Positions 50,546-61,922 of a stretch of DNA of 64,000 bases are shown piece by piece. The stretch's first letter is position 1. Each line of letters begins with the position of its first letter. Made by a program: the position numbers and the translations under genes. Origin of the DNA: Octopus vulgaris (taxonomy: Eukaryota); assembly GCA_951406725.2 (NCBI GenBank), contig OX597816.1, forward strand, positions 81,716,001 to 81,780,000. Direction: 5' to 3'. The notes beneath the pieces are model-generated. The model worked only from the letters and a program-made list of their open reading frames with translations. It was not told the origin of the DNA and did no database searches.

Positions 50546-51288
50546 TCGAGATGCAGCAACTTCCCCGCGGTCGTTTCCCTGGCCGCAATCACGGGCAATG
50601 TGCCCTGTCTGCCTGCATCGATACCAAACGGGCCCCGGCTGCGTACAGTCCCGCGCCATGTGCGGTCCCTGGCATCTAAAACACCGTCCTGAGAACGGCC
50701 GCTCTCGTTGCACGGTGAGCTTCTGTACCTCTTTCTCGGGACGTCGTCCGTCTTTACGCGCCTCAGTCACCGCCATCGCTATCGCCTTCCGCCCAGAGTG
50801 TCTCGTCAACGCGCGAGCATGAGTTACAAGTTCGCTCAATGGCATTTTTTGACCCCGGGCAGTCGTTGTAGGTGAATCCCTACATCGTCGGGGAACCCAT
50901 TCACGAACGCCAGTCGGGCTGCTCTCTCCAGTCCTTCTCCGGCAAACCCGGCCAGAGTCGCTAGCCTTCTAGCTTCCGATGCAAAATCATCCACCTGGCC
51001 TCCCGTCCACCTGATTGCACCTAGCTTAGCGAAAGCTGTGTACTCGCATTCCGTGTATGCGTCACACAAGCGCCGCTCTATATTCTCATCGCAGAGCCGT
51101 TCCTCTTCATCCATCTCTAGGTAAAGCGACAACGCACTCCCTTCCAAATACAGCGCCATAAGACTCGCCACGTCGCTTATGCCCTGCAGTCTCGCCACCA
51201 GCCTGATTTTCCGAATCCAGGCCACTACATTGCCTTCGCCGTTAAAAGGTCTGACGACGTCACTGGCGATCCTAATTTTTGCAGACAT
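50525..51288 (-). pseudogene. gag: gag with two Zn knuckles, 1-nt frameshift in an A run near 50845
   Basis: ORFs 50836-51288 and 50525-50845; CFRCQGPHMARDC and (W)YRCRQTGHIARDC. Confidence 0.88.
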
Positions 51289-51321
51289 CGTGTTGAAAAA
51301 AAATGAGAATGTTTACAAACT

Positions 51322-51333
51322 GCCGAAATAGCT
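51322..51333 (-). promoter_or_regulatory. Non-canonical primer-binding site complementary to the tRNA-Phe 5' end
   Basis: Element strand reads AGCTATTTCGGC directly after the 5' LTR CA; + strand GCCGAAATAGCT equals nt 1-12 of metazoan tRNA-Phe(GAA). Confidence 0.7.
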
Positions 51334-51607
51334 TGTAGAGAGTGTGCGATTTGAATATAGAGGCACCTACCTTCTCTTCGTGGTGACGGAGATCCTCCAG
51401 AGATGACTGGTCCTTCCTCACCCTACCCGAATACTAACGATAGCAGCTGCTAGCCCCAAACCCTTAGCGTCGTTCACGCACGTCTTGTCGCCAGCACGAC
51501 CCACGTTGGAAAGGTCAATTTTCGCCCCCTGCGCACGCTTGACAGCTGACCCCTTCCACTTGCCCCAGCTTCCGGTCAACGCACCCCACTGCTGACGTCA
51601 TCCCACA
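51334..51607 (-). repeat. 5' LTR (274 bp)
   Basis: Direct repeat of 47458-47721 with an extra GCGCACGCTT; TGACGTCA at 51593-51600. Confidence 0.95.
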
Positions 51608-51769
51608 CTATACACAGGACAAATGGGGTCAGGGACTTATCAAATGATATTACATATATGAATAAATGCATTATAATTTTGGATGAAAATGGAACAAAAA
51701 TGAATGGACGCAGAATGGGTTTGACCCCCACCAACCACATTCCTGCATTGAACCATTTACTTCGTCATT

Positions 51770-52440
51770 TTTTTTTTTTTACTCCTCTTAATTAGTCACT
51801 TACATACCCAACACTCAGGTTACTTTCTTCCATCTTCTTTTGTACTTTTTTGATGTCAGGCATTTCTTTTCCAGACATGCTTTCCCTCTTAGACGACATA
51901 AAAAGAGGTTAACTAAAGCATATATGGAGGTGAAGGTACCTGATGCGATACCTCTTCCACGCATCTTCCATATCACCTCTTTCACTATAGCTATTATGGC
52001 TAAAAAACAATTTCTCTTCTCCTTTTAGAGGAGATGGCAGAACGATCTTAATTGATTCAGCTGACAACTGTACTCTACCCATTTGGTAGAAACCCACAGG
52101 TCTGAGAGACTCAGACACTGTACAATTGCATACAGAACAGTTTCGTTATTCTGCCTGCAACGTGGGCACATAGGCGAAACCATTACTCCGTGCCTTGCAA
52201 ATTTATCCCGAATTGGCAAGACATTCCAGAAGCACAGTCAAGCCAGGGACCTCTGGAAGCTGAGATCCCTGTCTAGTCATACTACAGGTCACCAGTTGTG
52301 ATCACTGTAGCTGACAATGGTATCACTTACTCAGAATGCTTCTATTTATATGTAGTGGTCCAATCTGTTCTCGCCAGGGGGCATCGTACTCTCACACAAC
52401 AGTTCACTTCCTCTGAAAACTATTCTATAACTAGATGGAC
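51770..52440 (-). mobile_element. L1/Tx1-clade LINE 3' fragment
   Basis: zf-RVT-like PIRDKFARHG....CPRC....ETV.YAIVQC; T run at ~51768-51780 is the poly(A) tail on the minus strand. Confidence 0.75.
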
Positions 52441-52986
52441 TAAACTATTGAGAGTAGATAAGTTTTTCTGTGAGTGACAGCATGGTGACTGACGTGGGGT
52501 TAAACAATAACGTATATAATAACCAGTTTGCAACATTGCATTTTATATCACTTAAGATTGACTTTTAAGTTTCAAGGATCCATTATATATTTAGTTGTAA
52601 ATTGATTCAATGGGATGAAGTACAGTAGTTCACTGCTGCAAGTAATGGGAACATTGAGAAATTAACAAGTATTGATTGAATTCAGTTACTTCCATGACAA
52701 AAGCATGCATCAGACTGGTATCTTATTCAATAAAAGACATAAAGCAATGCCAGTGATAGTTTTATGTATATTTCAGGCTACAACTTAACAACTTAGCCAT
52801 TTCTAACACACAACCATTTTGTGTAATGAGGAACTCAATTGTCTTAGTTCAATGTTTTGGAAAAAAAACTTCATCTCTCATTAGTCTGGTGGTCATAAAA
52901 TATAAACCATACAGCTCATTACTCTTAGCGATGGGTGGTCCTTTGCAATTAATAATTGGTTTCCTCAGGTTCAGATCCATTCATAG

Positions 52987-54399
52987 AGGGCGACCGCACA
53001 TCACCTTCAAAAAGGGCGACCGCACATCACCTGTCAACTATCGCCCAGTCAGTCTCACTAGCTGTATTGCAAAACTGATGGAATCGTGTGTCAGAGAAAC
53101 ACTCTGGAACTTCTGGAGCTCTCACAGTCTCATCCGACCCTCACAATATGGATTTGTCCCTAACTCCAGCTGCAGTGACCAGCTTGTCGAGTTCCTTGAG
53201 GACATTACTCAGATTACTGACAGTGGCTCATGGGTGGATGTTGTCTACCTTGACTTTGCTAAGGCTTTCAACTCTGTGCCACACAAAAGGCTTATGGTGA
53301 AACTCTCTGCAATGGGTGTGGGGGATGACCTTTTTAACTGGTTGAAATCCTTCATCCTCAGCCGAAAGGAGGTAGTCACAGTTCTAGGACAGCACTCTAC
53401 ACCATATGAGATGTCATCGGGTGTACCACAGGGATCTGTCCTTGGTCCCCTCTTGTTTGTGGCATACATTAACGACATAGATGCCAATTTAAAGAATGCC
53501 ACAGTATTGAAATATGCAGACGACATCAAGCTGTACCTTGAAATCAAGAGGACAGATCCTGATGTCTACAACTCTTTCCTGCAATCAGACCTAGACACAA
53601 TGCAGCAATGGATCACAGACTGGCAACTGAAACTGGCTGTGGACAAGTGTACCACCATGCATTTTGGGAGAAAAAACCCTGCGTTCACATACTCCCTCCA
53701 CAACACTGATATCAAGAAATCCTCTTGCGAGCGTGACCTAGGCATCACTGTCAGCAGTGATTTGCGTTGGTCAAAGCATATCTCTAAGATTGTCAGGAAG
53801 GCCGAGGGTGTCTTGGCATCACTCAGCAGGTCTTTTGTTAGCCGCTCTCCAGCCATCTATTTAAAACTGTATACAGCTATGGTACGACCACACTTGGAAT
53901 TCGCATCATCAGTTTGGAACCCCTATCTTGCACAGAACATTGACCTCCTGGAATCTGTCCAGAGACGTGCAACCAAACGCATACCCTCCATCAGACACCT
54001 ACCATATTCTGAGCGCCTTGTTTCCCTGGGCATGGATTCACTGAAGCTCCGGCGTTTGGCGACAGACTTGGTAAACACCCACAAAGTTATCAACCACCTC
54101 ACCAACAACAACACTGAACACCTTTTTGATCTCCATGTGTCTAACACACGTGGACATGCCTACAAAGTCAGAAAACAATACAGCTCCCATGACTTTCGGA
54201 AACATTTTTTCACGCTCAGAGTTGCTGAAGCATGGAATAAACTGCCTGCGTCAGTTGTTGACTGCCATGACACTGCATCTTTTAAGGCCCTCATGCTTTC
54301 CGAAATCCGCCGAAACTACACCTGATTATATATACACTTTAGATGAGTTGTAGTGCACCTGAGCACTGTACACAATTATTATTATTATTATTATTATTA
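52987..54399 (+). mobile_element. Young 5'-truncated CR1/L2-type LINE with intact RT frame and (ATT)n tail
   Basis: FKKGDR..PVNYRPVSLTS, VDVVYLDFAKAFNSVPH, SGVPQGSVLGPLLF, YADD, RPHLEFASSVWNP, FFTLRV..AWNKLP; stop at 54325; 3' stem-loop TAGTGC-ACCTGA-GCACTG; (ATT)n ~54375-54399; no endonuclease domain. Confidence 0.93.
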
Positions 54400-56279
54400 C
54401 TGGAGAGATGGCTGATGGCACCAAAATTTTTTTTTTTTCTATTAAGGTAACAAGCTGGCAGAATTATTAGAGCATTGGAAAAAATTGTGGTATTTCTTCT
54501 GGTTCTTTACATTTTGAGTTCAAATTCTGCTGAGATCAACTTTGCATTTCATTCTTTTGGTGTTGATAAAATTCCAGTTAAATACTAGGTTCAGTATGAT
54601 TAACTTAGCTTCTCCCAAAATTGCATGCATGGAAAGAATTGTTACTATTATCTAAAACTTAGCAAAATTCAACCAATCCCAGGAATTATTAGAATCAATA
54701 ATTAAACAACATTCTTTGTATCCAACAAGTGATGACATTTAAAACCAATACAGTTTCTTTAAAATTGCTTGCCAACAAAAGAACAAAAACATACTCATTT
54801 ACTTACACACATCACACATATGTATGTATATTGCACTTTTCTGAATCACAAGGTAAACCAGCATGTATCCCTGCCTTTAAAAGTATTCAACAAGTAAAAT
54901 GTAAATCTCACCTCAGATAAAATGATGGTCTGACACAAACTACTTTTCCTATTGTGAAGTTAAACTTGATGCTGCTAAACGAGTTATTTATCAATTTCAC
55001 AGTACAATCACTAATTACAACAATGTCTTTCACTACTACATGATACCAAAGATTTAAGCATCTCAGCTCTGGACAAATTGTAATATCAGTTGAAGGACAA
55101 CAAACTATATAGACCTCTGAACTGATTGTCTATTACTCAATTAACTCATTCATCTACACTGTGTGTGTGTGTGGATGCTGTTAGCACGTCTTCATTAACA
55201 TCATCTAAGCATAACAGTGTGACATTGTTTATGTTCTGTTAATAAAAGTCTTACAGTTCTGTCAGTTTTGATTTGTTTGGGCTCATAGAATGAAGAACGC
55301 CTTGAAAAAGATGAATATTTGTAACAGAAAAAGCATCTGGTTACAGAAAATCTATTCTCAATAAGTCTCATCTGATCCATGCCAGATTGATAAAATGAAC
55401 ATACTCTAAAGGTGAGATTAACAGTCTGCAAAATTTCATTAAAATAAATAAAGGTGCACAAATCTGATATTTTAAACCTAGATATAAATGGCATGCACTA
55501 ACACACATACAAAAAAAAGTATATTAAACATTGATGTTTTAATAAAATAAAAAATCATGTTTATAGAACAATTTATTGTTTCTTAAAACATGAAAAAAAT
55601 CAGAATTTAGGACAAATGATTAACTTTTTTATCGATCAAGCCATGAGGCAAAAAGTTAATATGGTTTTAATACTTGTGCACAAATGTTTGGTTGAGGAAG
55701 TTCCATTTTTAATGTGCATTTTATAGGATAAAGAATAGAAGAATACACAGGCAGATGTTTCAAAGAATGATTATGGACATATTTTGAATGAAAACTTCAG
55801 TCTCAAGCCATTACAAAAACATTTTAGAAAATAAGTACTTTCAATTTTCTTCAACTGAAATATGCTCACTTTGAAGCATTGTGTGTTTCATTTAAAAACA
55901 TTGAAGTTCACAGGAGAGTCTATTAAATTCAGTAGTTATGAGGTATGAAGAATGTATCATTCCAGGCTCTTTGTCTGAGAATTAGTGGTATCGTCTTTTT
56001 TGCTGCAAGGCTAATGAGGCAGGAATGGAAATGAAAGAATGATATCAGGAAAGGAGGACAATGAAAAAAATAAAGTACAAGGTGGAAAAACAGAAGTCAG
56101 AACTAGAGATGGAAAATAGAAAGACAAAATAGTATTGAACATGGTGGGGGTAGTAAAAAAGTGGAAGACAATGCACACACTTAGAAGATTATTTAATAAA
56201 AATTTAACTGAAAATTATTAATAGCGTGTTAAAGAACTAAAAGTCTTTAATATCTAGTGGATTGAAATTTATGCAATTT

Positions 56280-56590
56280 TAATGACTTACAATTTAAGTC
56301 TTCATGCATAAACCGTCTGGGAGATATTGAGACTTTTAGCCATTTGCATCATACTCTGCTGTGGAATTCATGACACCCTCTTTCAGTTGACATTCACCAA
56401 TTGTTTTATCCTTACGGATCATTTTCAGCCAGGAATGGTCTTGCTGTTCATTGAACCTGTCTTACTGAGCATTTCATGACATTATAGACTTATTTTGGGA
56501 TCAATAACAACCTTTGAAGCCACGTCTTTGGTGCTATGTCCTACTTTTTTCAGAGCTACAATCTCACTTCACTCATTAGCTGCCATGTTG
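56280..56590 (-). mobile_element. Tc1/mariner transposase N-terminal remnant
   Basis: Degenerate paired HTH-like text (IVAL...GHS..D...VYNV..TGS...PG..SVR...QMAKSLNIS) with frameshifts. Confidence 0.5.
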
Positions 56591-56778
56591 AAATGTTTTA
56601 CTCACTGAATGTACATGAACAACTGAATGTCAAGGAGCATATTTTAATTATTTTTGTGCAATTTCAACTAAATTTAATAAAATAGTCTTATTTAAATAAT
56701 TGAGAATTATTTATGGCGCATCTTGTAATACAGGTTGAATATTTCGGCCAGATATGGCTGGTTTAAATGCTGAAGGGT

Positions 56779-56955
56779 TAAGCACTTATTTAGTGTTAAT
56801 TTTCACCATACCAATTGCAACTTGGTCACTGATAAGGTTTCACTGAATCCCTGTGGAATCTTGTCAGTGACCAGGTTGCAGTTGGTGTGATGAAAATCTT
56901 GACAGCAAATAATAAGTGTTTAAGTGAAGTTAACAATTTTTGTGTGTTTTGAAAG
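56779..56955. repeat. Foldback element (same family as 16339)
   Basis: TTTTCACCATACCAATTGCAACTTGGTCACTGA ... TCAGTGACCAGGTTGCAGTTGGTGTGATGAAAA inverted arms. Confidence 0.8.
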
Positions 56956-57169
56956 GTTGACGCGTTGCCTTCTATGTTGTGTTTGTTTATATTTGTAGAA
57001 TTTAGTTGAAATCATTCCACAAGTAAAATCTACAGTAGTCTTGTCAAAGATCTTGTGAAACTCGGAGTAGCAAGAGACTGACTCAACCAAAATAAAGGAT
57101 ATTATTAATCTCTACTATGGTATTGAGTACTTTATTTTCCAATAATTAACACTAAACAGATATGTATGT

Positions 57170-58150
57170 CATCATCATCATCTTTCAATATCTATCCTTC
57201 ATACCAGCATATGTTGGATGATTTGATAGAATCCAACAAACCAGAGGACTGCACTGAGCTCCAGTGTCTGCTTGGTATGATTTCTTTGGTTGGAATCTCT
57301 TCTTAATGCCAACCACTTTACAGTGTCTTCAGTGCTTTTTTTTTTATGACACCAGCATAAGTGAAAGTTATGAAGTAACTTACAAGTAAAAGAAGAAACC
57401 TTGAGAGGATGTGGCATTGAGAAGCTAAAGTATGGTAAAGGAAGAGATGCCTTGCCATAAAGGAGATATATGGTTACTTCACATTATATAGGAGTTGGTG
57501 GGAGTAACTGAAAGAAGTTACAGAAGTTGGTGATGAGATTTTGGAGCATACTGTCAAGGTACAAGAAGGTAAGTATAAGACAGAATACAGACTGAGGATG
57601 GAAAGTTGAGGGTGAATGACAGATGGGTAAGGATTGGGGTAGAGTTTAATATAATGAATGATGTATAAGGGTGGAAGTGTGGCTGATGATAAATATCAGT
57701 GTGTAGAATAAAGTAAAAACAAAAAACTCAGGAAAGAGATAAGTGGCAATACAGGAAGGGTGGAGGGCAGCTGTATAATAATCCTGTAGATAGACCAGAA
57801 AATAGGAAGGGAGAGTGAGAGAGAAATGTACAGGGACAGCAATGGAGATCAGAGATACATAGTGGTGACTGGAGTGAGTAAGGAATAAAGGTAGGAGCAC
57901 TGACAACAGATATGAGGGTAGGTAAGAAGTAGTTCAGAGGAGAGGGAGAGATACCTGAAAGTATAGAAAGGGATTTGTAGTGGAAAACTGAATGTGGGAC
58001 AGATGTTAAAGAAAGTGGTTACAGGGAGAGGTAACTAATAGCACCAAGAAGAAGTATGAGTAGATTCTGCTGTCATATGATTACAGCAGCTAAATTATGC
58101 CCTTGTTAGAGAAGTGATGATAAGATGGGTGTTAGGAAGATGAGATGTGA
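57170..58150. repeat. Degenerate repeat with (CAT)n tail and long purine-rich tract
   Basis: RTE-tail-like SINE segment followed by a G/A-biased tract; no credible ORF. Confidence 0.45.
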
Positions 58151-59544
58151 TACACATATCACTCAGCTTTCTCTCTCTCTATGTTACACTGCTAGTGTGA
58201 CGAGGATGGCAGTTTATCTCTCCCAACTCACCATACCATCCTTCCAGTGAAAGAACAAATGGTGAGATCAGTGCAAGAATGCTTAATGTTGTGAAGGCAG
58301 AAATTTTTATTATAGTTAAGATTATCCTCATTCTAAGGAACAAAATTATTGGCTTCAAATTTTGACCCAAAGTCAGCAATTTCTTGAGGTTGGGTGGTGG
58401 GTAAGTCAATTACATCACCCATAGTGCTGAACTGGTACTTAGTTGACTTCAGTCAAATTTGAACTCAGAACGTGAAGATGGACAAAATGCTGCAAAGCAT
58501 TTTGCCCAGCATGTTAACAATTCTATCATCTGGCAACCTCAGGAAAAAAAAAAATTATTGACTTAAGGTAATGTCGAGTAAAGGAGACAACCCACAAGCC
58601 TTCATTAAGACAGAAAGTAAATAATACAATGGGGAATGAGTCAAGAAAGATCTATTTGTCATTATTGCATAGTTCAGTTGTGCTGTGGCAGATTCCAGCC
58701 AATCAAGGCAGGATGCATAGGAATACAAACAGCAGTGATCTGCTTTAGCAATGAAGCAGAAGTTTCAAACTAGTTGGTGAATAGACAGCCTAGAAGTAAC
58801 ATCTCTTTCTTTGACATGCAACAATTTTTGTGTTCACCACCAACTTCATGCAACTCATGTGAATGATATTAGCTACAACTCTGCCTCAAAATGAGTGGTA
58901 CCTTCTTGTTCCCATTAGCATACAATGGCTTCCACATAACCCTCCTATGCTAAAAGTAAGTTGTGAGATTTTTCCCATCTCGCATGCACATGTAGATGAT
59001 TCGCATATACATGCAGATTAATCAGTGCTACAACTAGCCAGCATTTGTTTTATTTAGATAAAGTTGGCAATGTTTCGTTGTAAATGAACTACCTTCTTAC
59101 ATTCCTTATATACGCTTATTAAAAGTACACTGGAACAGACTCTCTCATGAACACTCTTCTTACATTAAATCACAGAACACTCACACTAAGTTACTGACCG
59201 GCACCACTAAAAGTCTGATTGTAACAGTACAGGGACAGTTCTTGATATATTTTAATCTTATTAACCTTTTTCAACAAAACATAGTCTTTAGCAGTACTTC
59301 CAGACAAAGATGCTCAGAAAGATATATAATTTTTTTGTAAAGTTGTATGTAGCTTGTGTTTATAAAATAATTCCTCTCATAAAATGCATGCACAAAATAG
59401 GTTTTTTTTCTTTTTATCAAAATAAATTCTGTTTGTTACAATTTGCAATAATTCAGTGAAAAGGGATATATTTTACAAAAGAAAAACAGGAAAAACATCA
59501 ATGCAACACCAAGTGTCTCTATTGGTCACATGCAACAAGATTCA

Positions 59545-59810
59545 ACAGAACCTACTGAAGCTAGCCAACACACTTGCAGCATTATGAGCAGTGGCAAGGC
59601 TAAGGCATTGGAACAGCCAAGTACCCACACAGGCATCACCTGACACCTCAGTAAGACATTGGAACAGCCAAGCAACCTCATGGGCATCACCTGACACCCT
59701 GGTAAGGAGAGCTGCCAATAGTGATGAGAACTTCACTGTTAGCGGCCCAGCTCCTCCAAATGTCTCAAACACCACAGGCTGGTAGAGAGTCCACTGACAG
59801 GTCCTGATAC
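59545..59810 (-). mobile_element. CRE-like RLE retrotransposon 3' fragment
   Basis: PVVFETFGGAG....F...L...SGD..E.AWLFQ.LSLA...NAASVL, the C-terminal RLE motif of CRE-clade elements; internal 51-bp duplication. Confidence 0.7.
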
Positions 59811-61830
59811 TTCCAATCAGACGGTTATAGTAGAAGACATTTCCCAACCACATGGTTATAGTAGAAGAAACTTGCCCTATGTACCATGCAATGGGACTGA
59901 ACCTGGAATCATGTGGTTGGGAAGCAAACTTCTTACCTTACAGCATGGGCAAGTGTCTTCTACCATAGCGCCAGGCCAACCAATGCCTTGTGAATGAATT
60001 TGATAGACTGAAACAGAAAGAAGCTCACTACATATATACAGATGTAAATATGTGAATGTATATGTATGGCAGGGGGTGGGGGCATGTTTCTGTCACCTTG
60101 CATGATGGTTGTAAACATCATGCAAATGGTCTCCTTTGTTTTCAATCTTCCGTGGAAACACATCTCGTCATGAGGAAATATTACCTTACTTGGAAATAGC
60201 TGAGGGTTGGCAACAAAAAATATCAATCTCAACAAATTCCATCCATAGAAAAGTAGACATTAAAAGGTTGATTATACACACACACACACACAATAGTAAT
60301 AATGGTTGTAGCCATAATGGTTTTGATCAGAGGTTGATTTTGTAAATTTATCTGGCATTAATCAACAGCCCTTTCTTGTCTTATATTTCATTCATGGCTG
60401 GTTTAAATGCTAAAGGATTAAGCACTTTTCACCATACCAATTGCAACCTGGTCACTGACAAGGTTCCACTGAATCCCTCTGGAACCTTGTCAGTGACAAG
60501 GTTCCAGAGGGATTATTTTGACACCAAATAATTATATTTCATTCAAAATGAATAATTAATAAAAAGAAAAGTCATATGAGAAAACAAATTAAAATTTTCA
60601 GTGATCCGACCATTAATGTGTTTCTGCAGAAAATCGATATTATGGTTATAACTTTTCTTAATTAAGCAAAACTTCGCATTGTGAATTTATTTTACAAACA
60701 TAAACTATAACAATACCAGATTAAATTCATTTATTTATTTGGCATGGGTGTAATTTAAACAGTGAATGATGTGATAACTTCAAGGTGCCCCAGCATGGCC
60801 TCAGCCGGATGGCTGAAACAAGTAAAAGAGTAAAAGAGAGAGAGAGACAAAGTAAATATTCATTACCACTTTTTGGTTCCCCTACATTAGTAACTTAGCA
60901 CCAACTTTTCCATTTGGTTTTCGCCCAGAATGAATTTCTGGATATTTTTCTAGTCTTTTAAGTTATTCACACACACATACACACACAAATATATATACTG
61001 TTCAAATCATTTTGTTTTGCTGCATTAAAGATAGCGATTATGCATAGATGAGAAGGTTGAATAAGATAGAAACATGTCCAGCGTTGTTCCCGTACAGCAA
61101 AGCACAGCCCACTCCCTCTCCTAATTACTCACTACATCTTTACATTCTTTTCGAGCGGGATACCTCTTCTGTCTTTCCTGATCAGGATTGATCATTAATC
61201 TAATTATTAACGCATATTAAAACACAGATTGCGACAGAGTTTTGGAGTAGTTGTACTAAGAAGTATCACATCTTTTTTTTTTTTTTTTTTTGCGATCTTT
61301 CGCTATGACTTGCAAAACTGTTATTTAGATCAGTTGGTTGGGTCAACGAGTTGTTCGTTACGTTCCGTAATTTTTTTTTACGGAAACTGATTCTGAAAAA
61401 AAAAAAAAAAAATTCAGTCGTTGACACTTTTTTCCCTTCCATTTGGCATTCACTTTTTCTTTCCCTTGTGTTTGATTCTTCTAGGTATGGATATTTCAAA
61501 TCTCCGCTTTAACGGCATTATTCACGTTTCTTGCAAATCGTAAATATTTCTTATTAAATTAACTGCACTTATAGAAATGGATCATTCTTTAATCTCCTTC
61601 AACCGCCTAAATATATAAATACAATGTACTTCCAATTCTGTAAGAAATCTAATGAAGATACTTCTACGTGATTAATAATCAGCGAAATGTCACCAGTTTC
61701 TACGAAAAAGAAAGAAACAAACAATAAAGCTAAATAAAATGTTCATAAAACTTTTGATTTACTAGTATTTAAATTTAATATATTAATTTCATTTGTTGCT
61801 TTTATGAACAAAATTAAGTTTCTTTACGAC

Positions 61831-61848
61831 ATTGGTGATGACGTCATC
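61831..61848. promoter_or_regulatory. CRE (TGACGTCA within palindrome GATGACGTCATC) plus inverted CCAAT box upstream of PSMF1
   Basis: TGACGTCA at 61839-61846 and ATTGG at 61831-61835, ~80 bp upstream of the ATG, in a locally CpG-retaining region. Confidence 0.55.
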
Positions 61849-61922
61849 TGTTTATGTTTACGGAACAGAAATGAAAACGTCACTAGTATTTTCTATTTCG
61901 TCGTCCGTTGGTCTCTAATAAA

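Larger units (their letters stand above)
47458..51607 (-). mobile_element. Young full-length-structured Ty3/Gypsy LTR retrotransposon (4150 bp), defective copy
   Basis: TG..CA LTRs at 47458-47721 and 51334-51607; 5-bp TSD CTATA (47453-47457, 51608-51612); gag-PR-RT-RH-IN domain order. Confidence 0.97.
45568..51739 (-). mobile_element. Older Mag/K02A2.6-like Ty3/Gypsy element, internally deleted and interrupted by a younger LTR element
   Basis: LTR copies begin TGTTATATCCTTATGGATAAA at 45568 (truncated at ~45683) and 47237; degenerate PBS TGGTAACAAGGAT on the minus strand at ~47222-47234; gag (EFTYNP...FPAYY..Y.EIF..CKSW.EEKKVRLLL), two Zn knuckles, protease (LQFDTSSDI), RT-connection and RNase H fragments; right end approximate. 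Confidence 0.8.

Noticed and set aside
47542-50822. Numerous plus-strand and alternate-frame ORFs over the LTR element
   Set aside because: Shadow ORFs expected in GC-rich coding DNA; no recognisable domains.
51321-51328. TGCCGAAA as part of a canonical tRNA-Phe PBS (TGGTGCCGAAACCC)
   Set aside because: Wrong strand relative to gag/pol, lacks TGG, and continues TAGCT (tRNA 5' end) rather than CCCGG.
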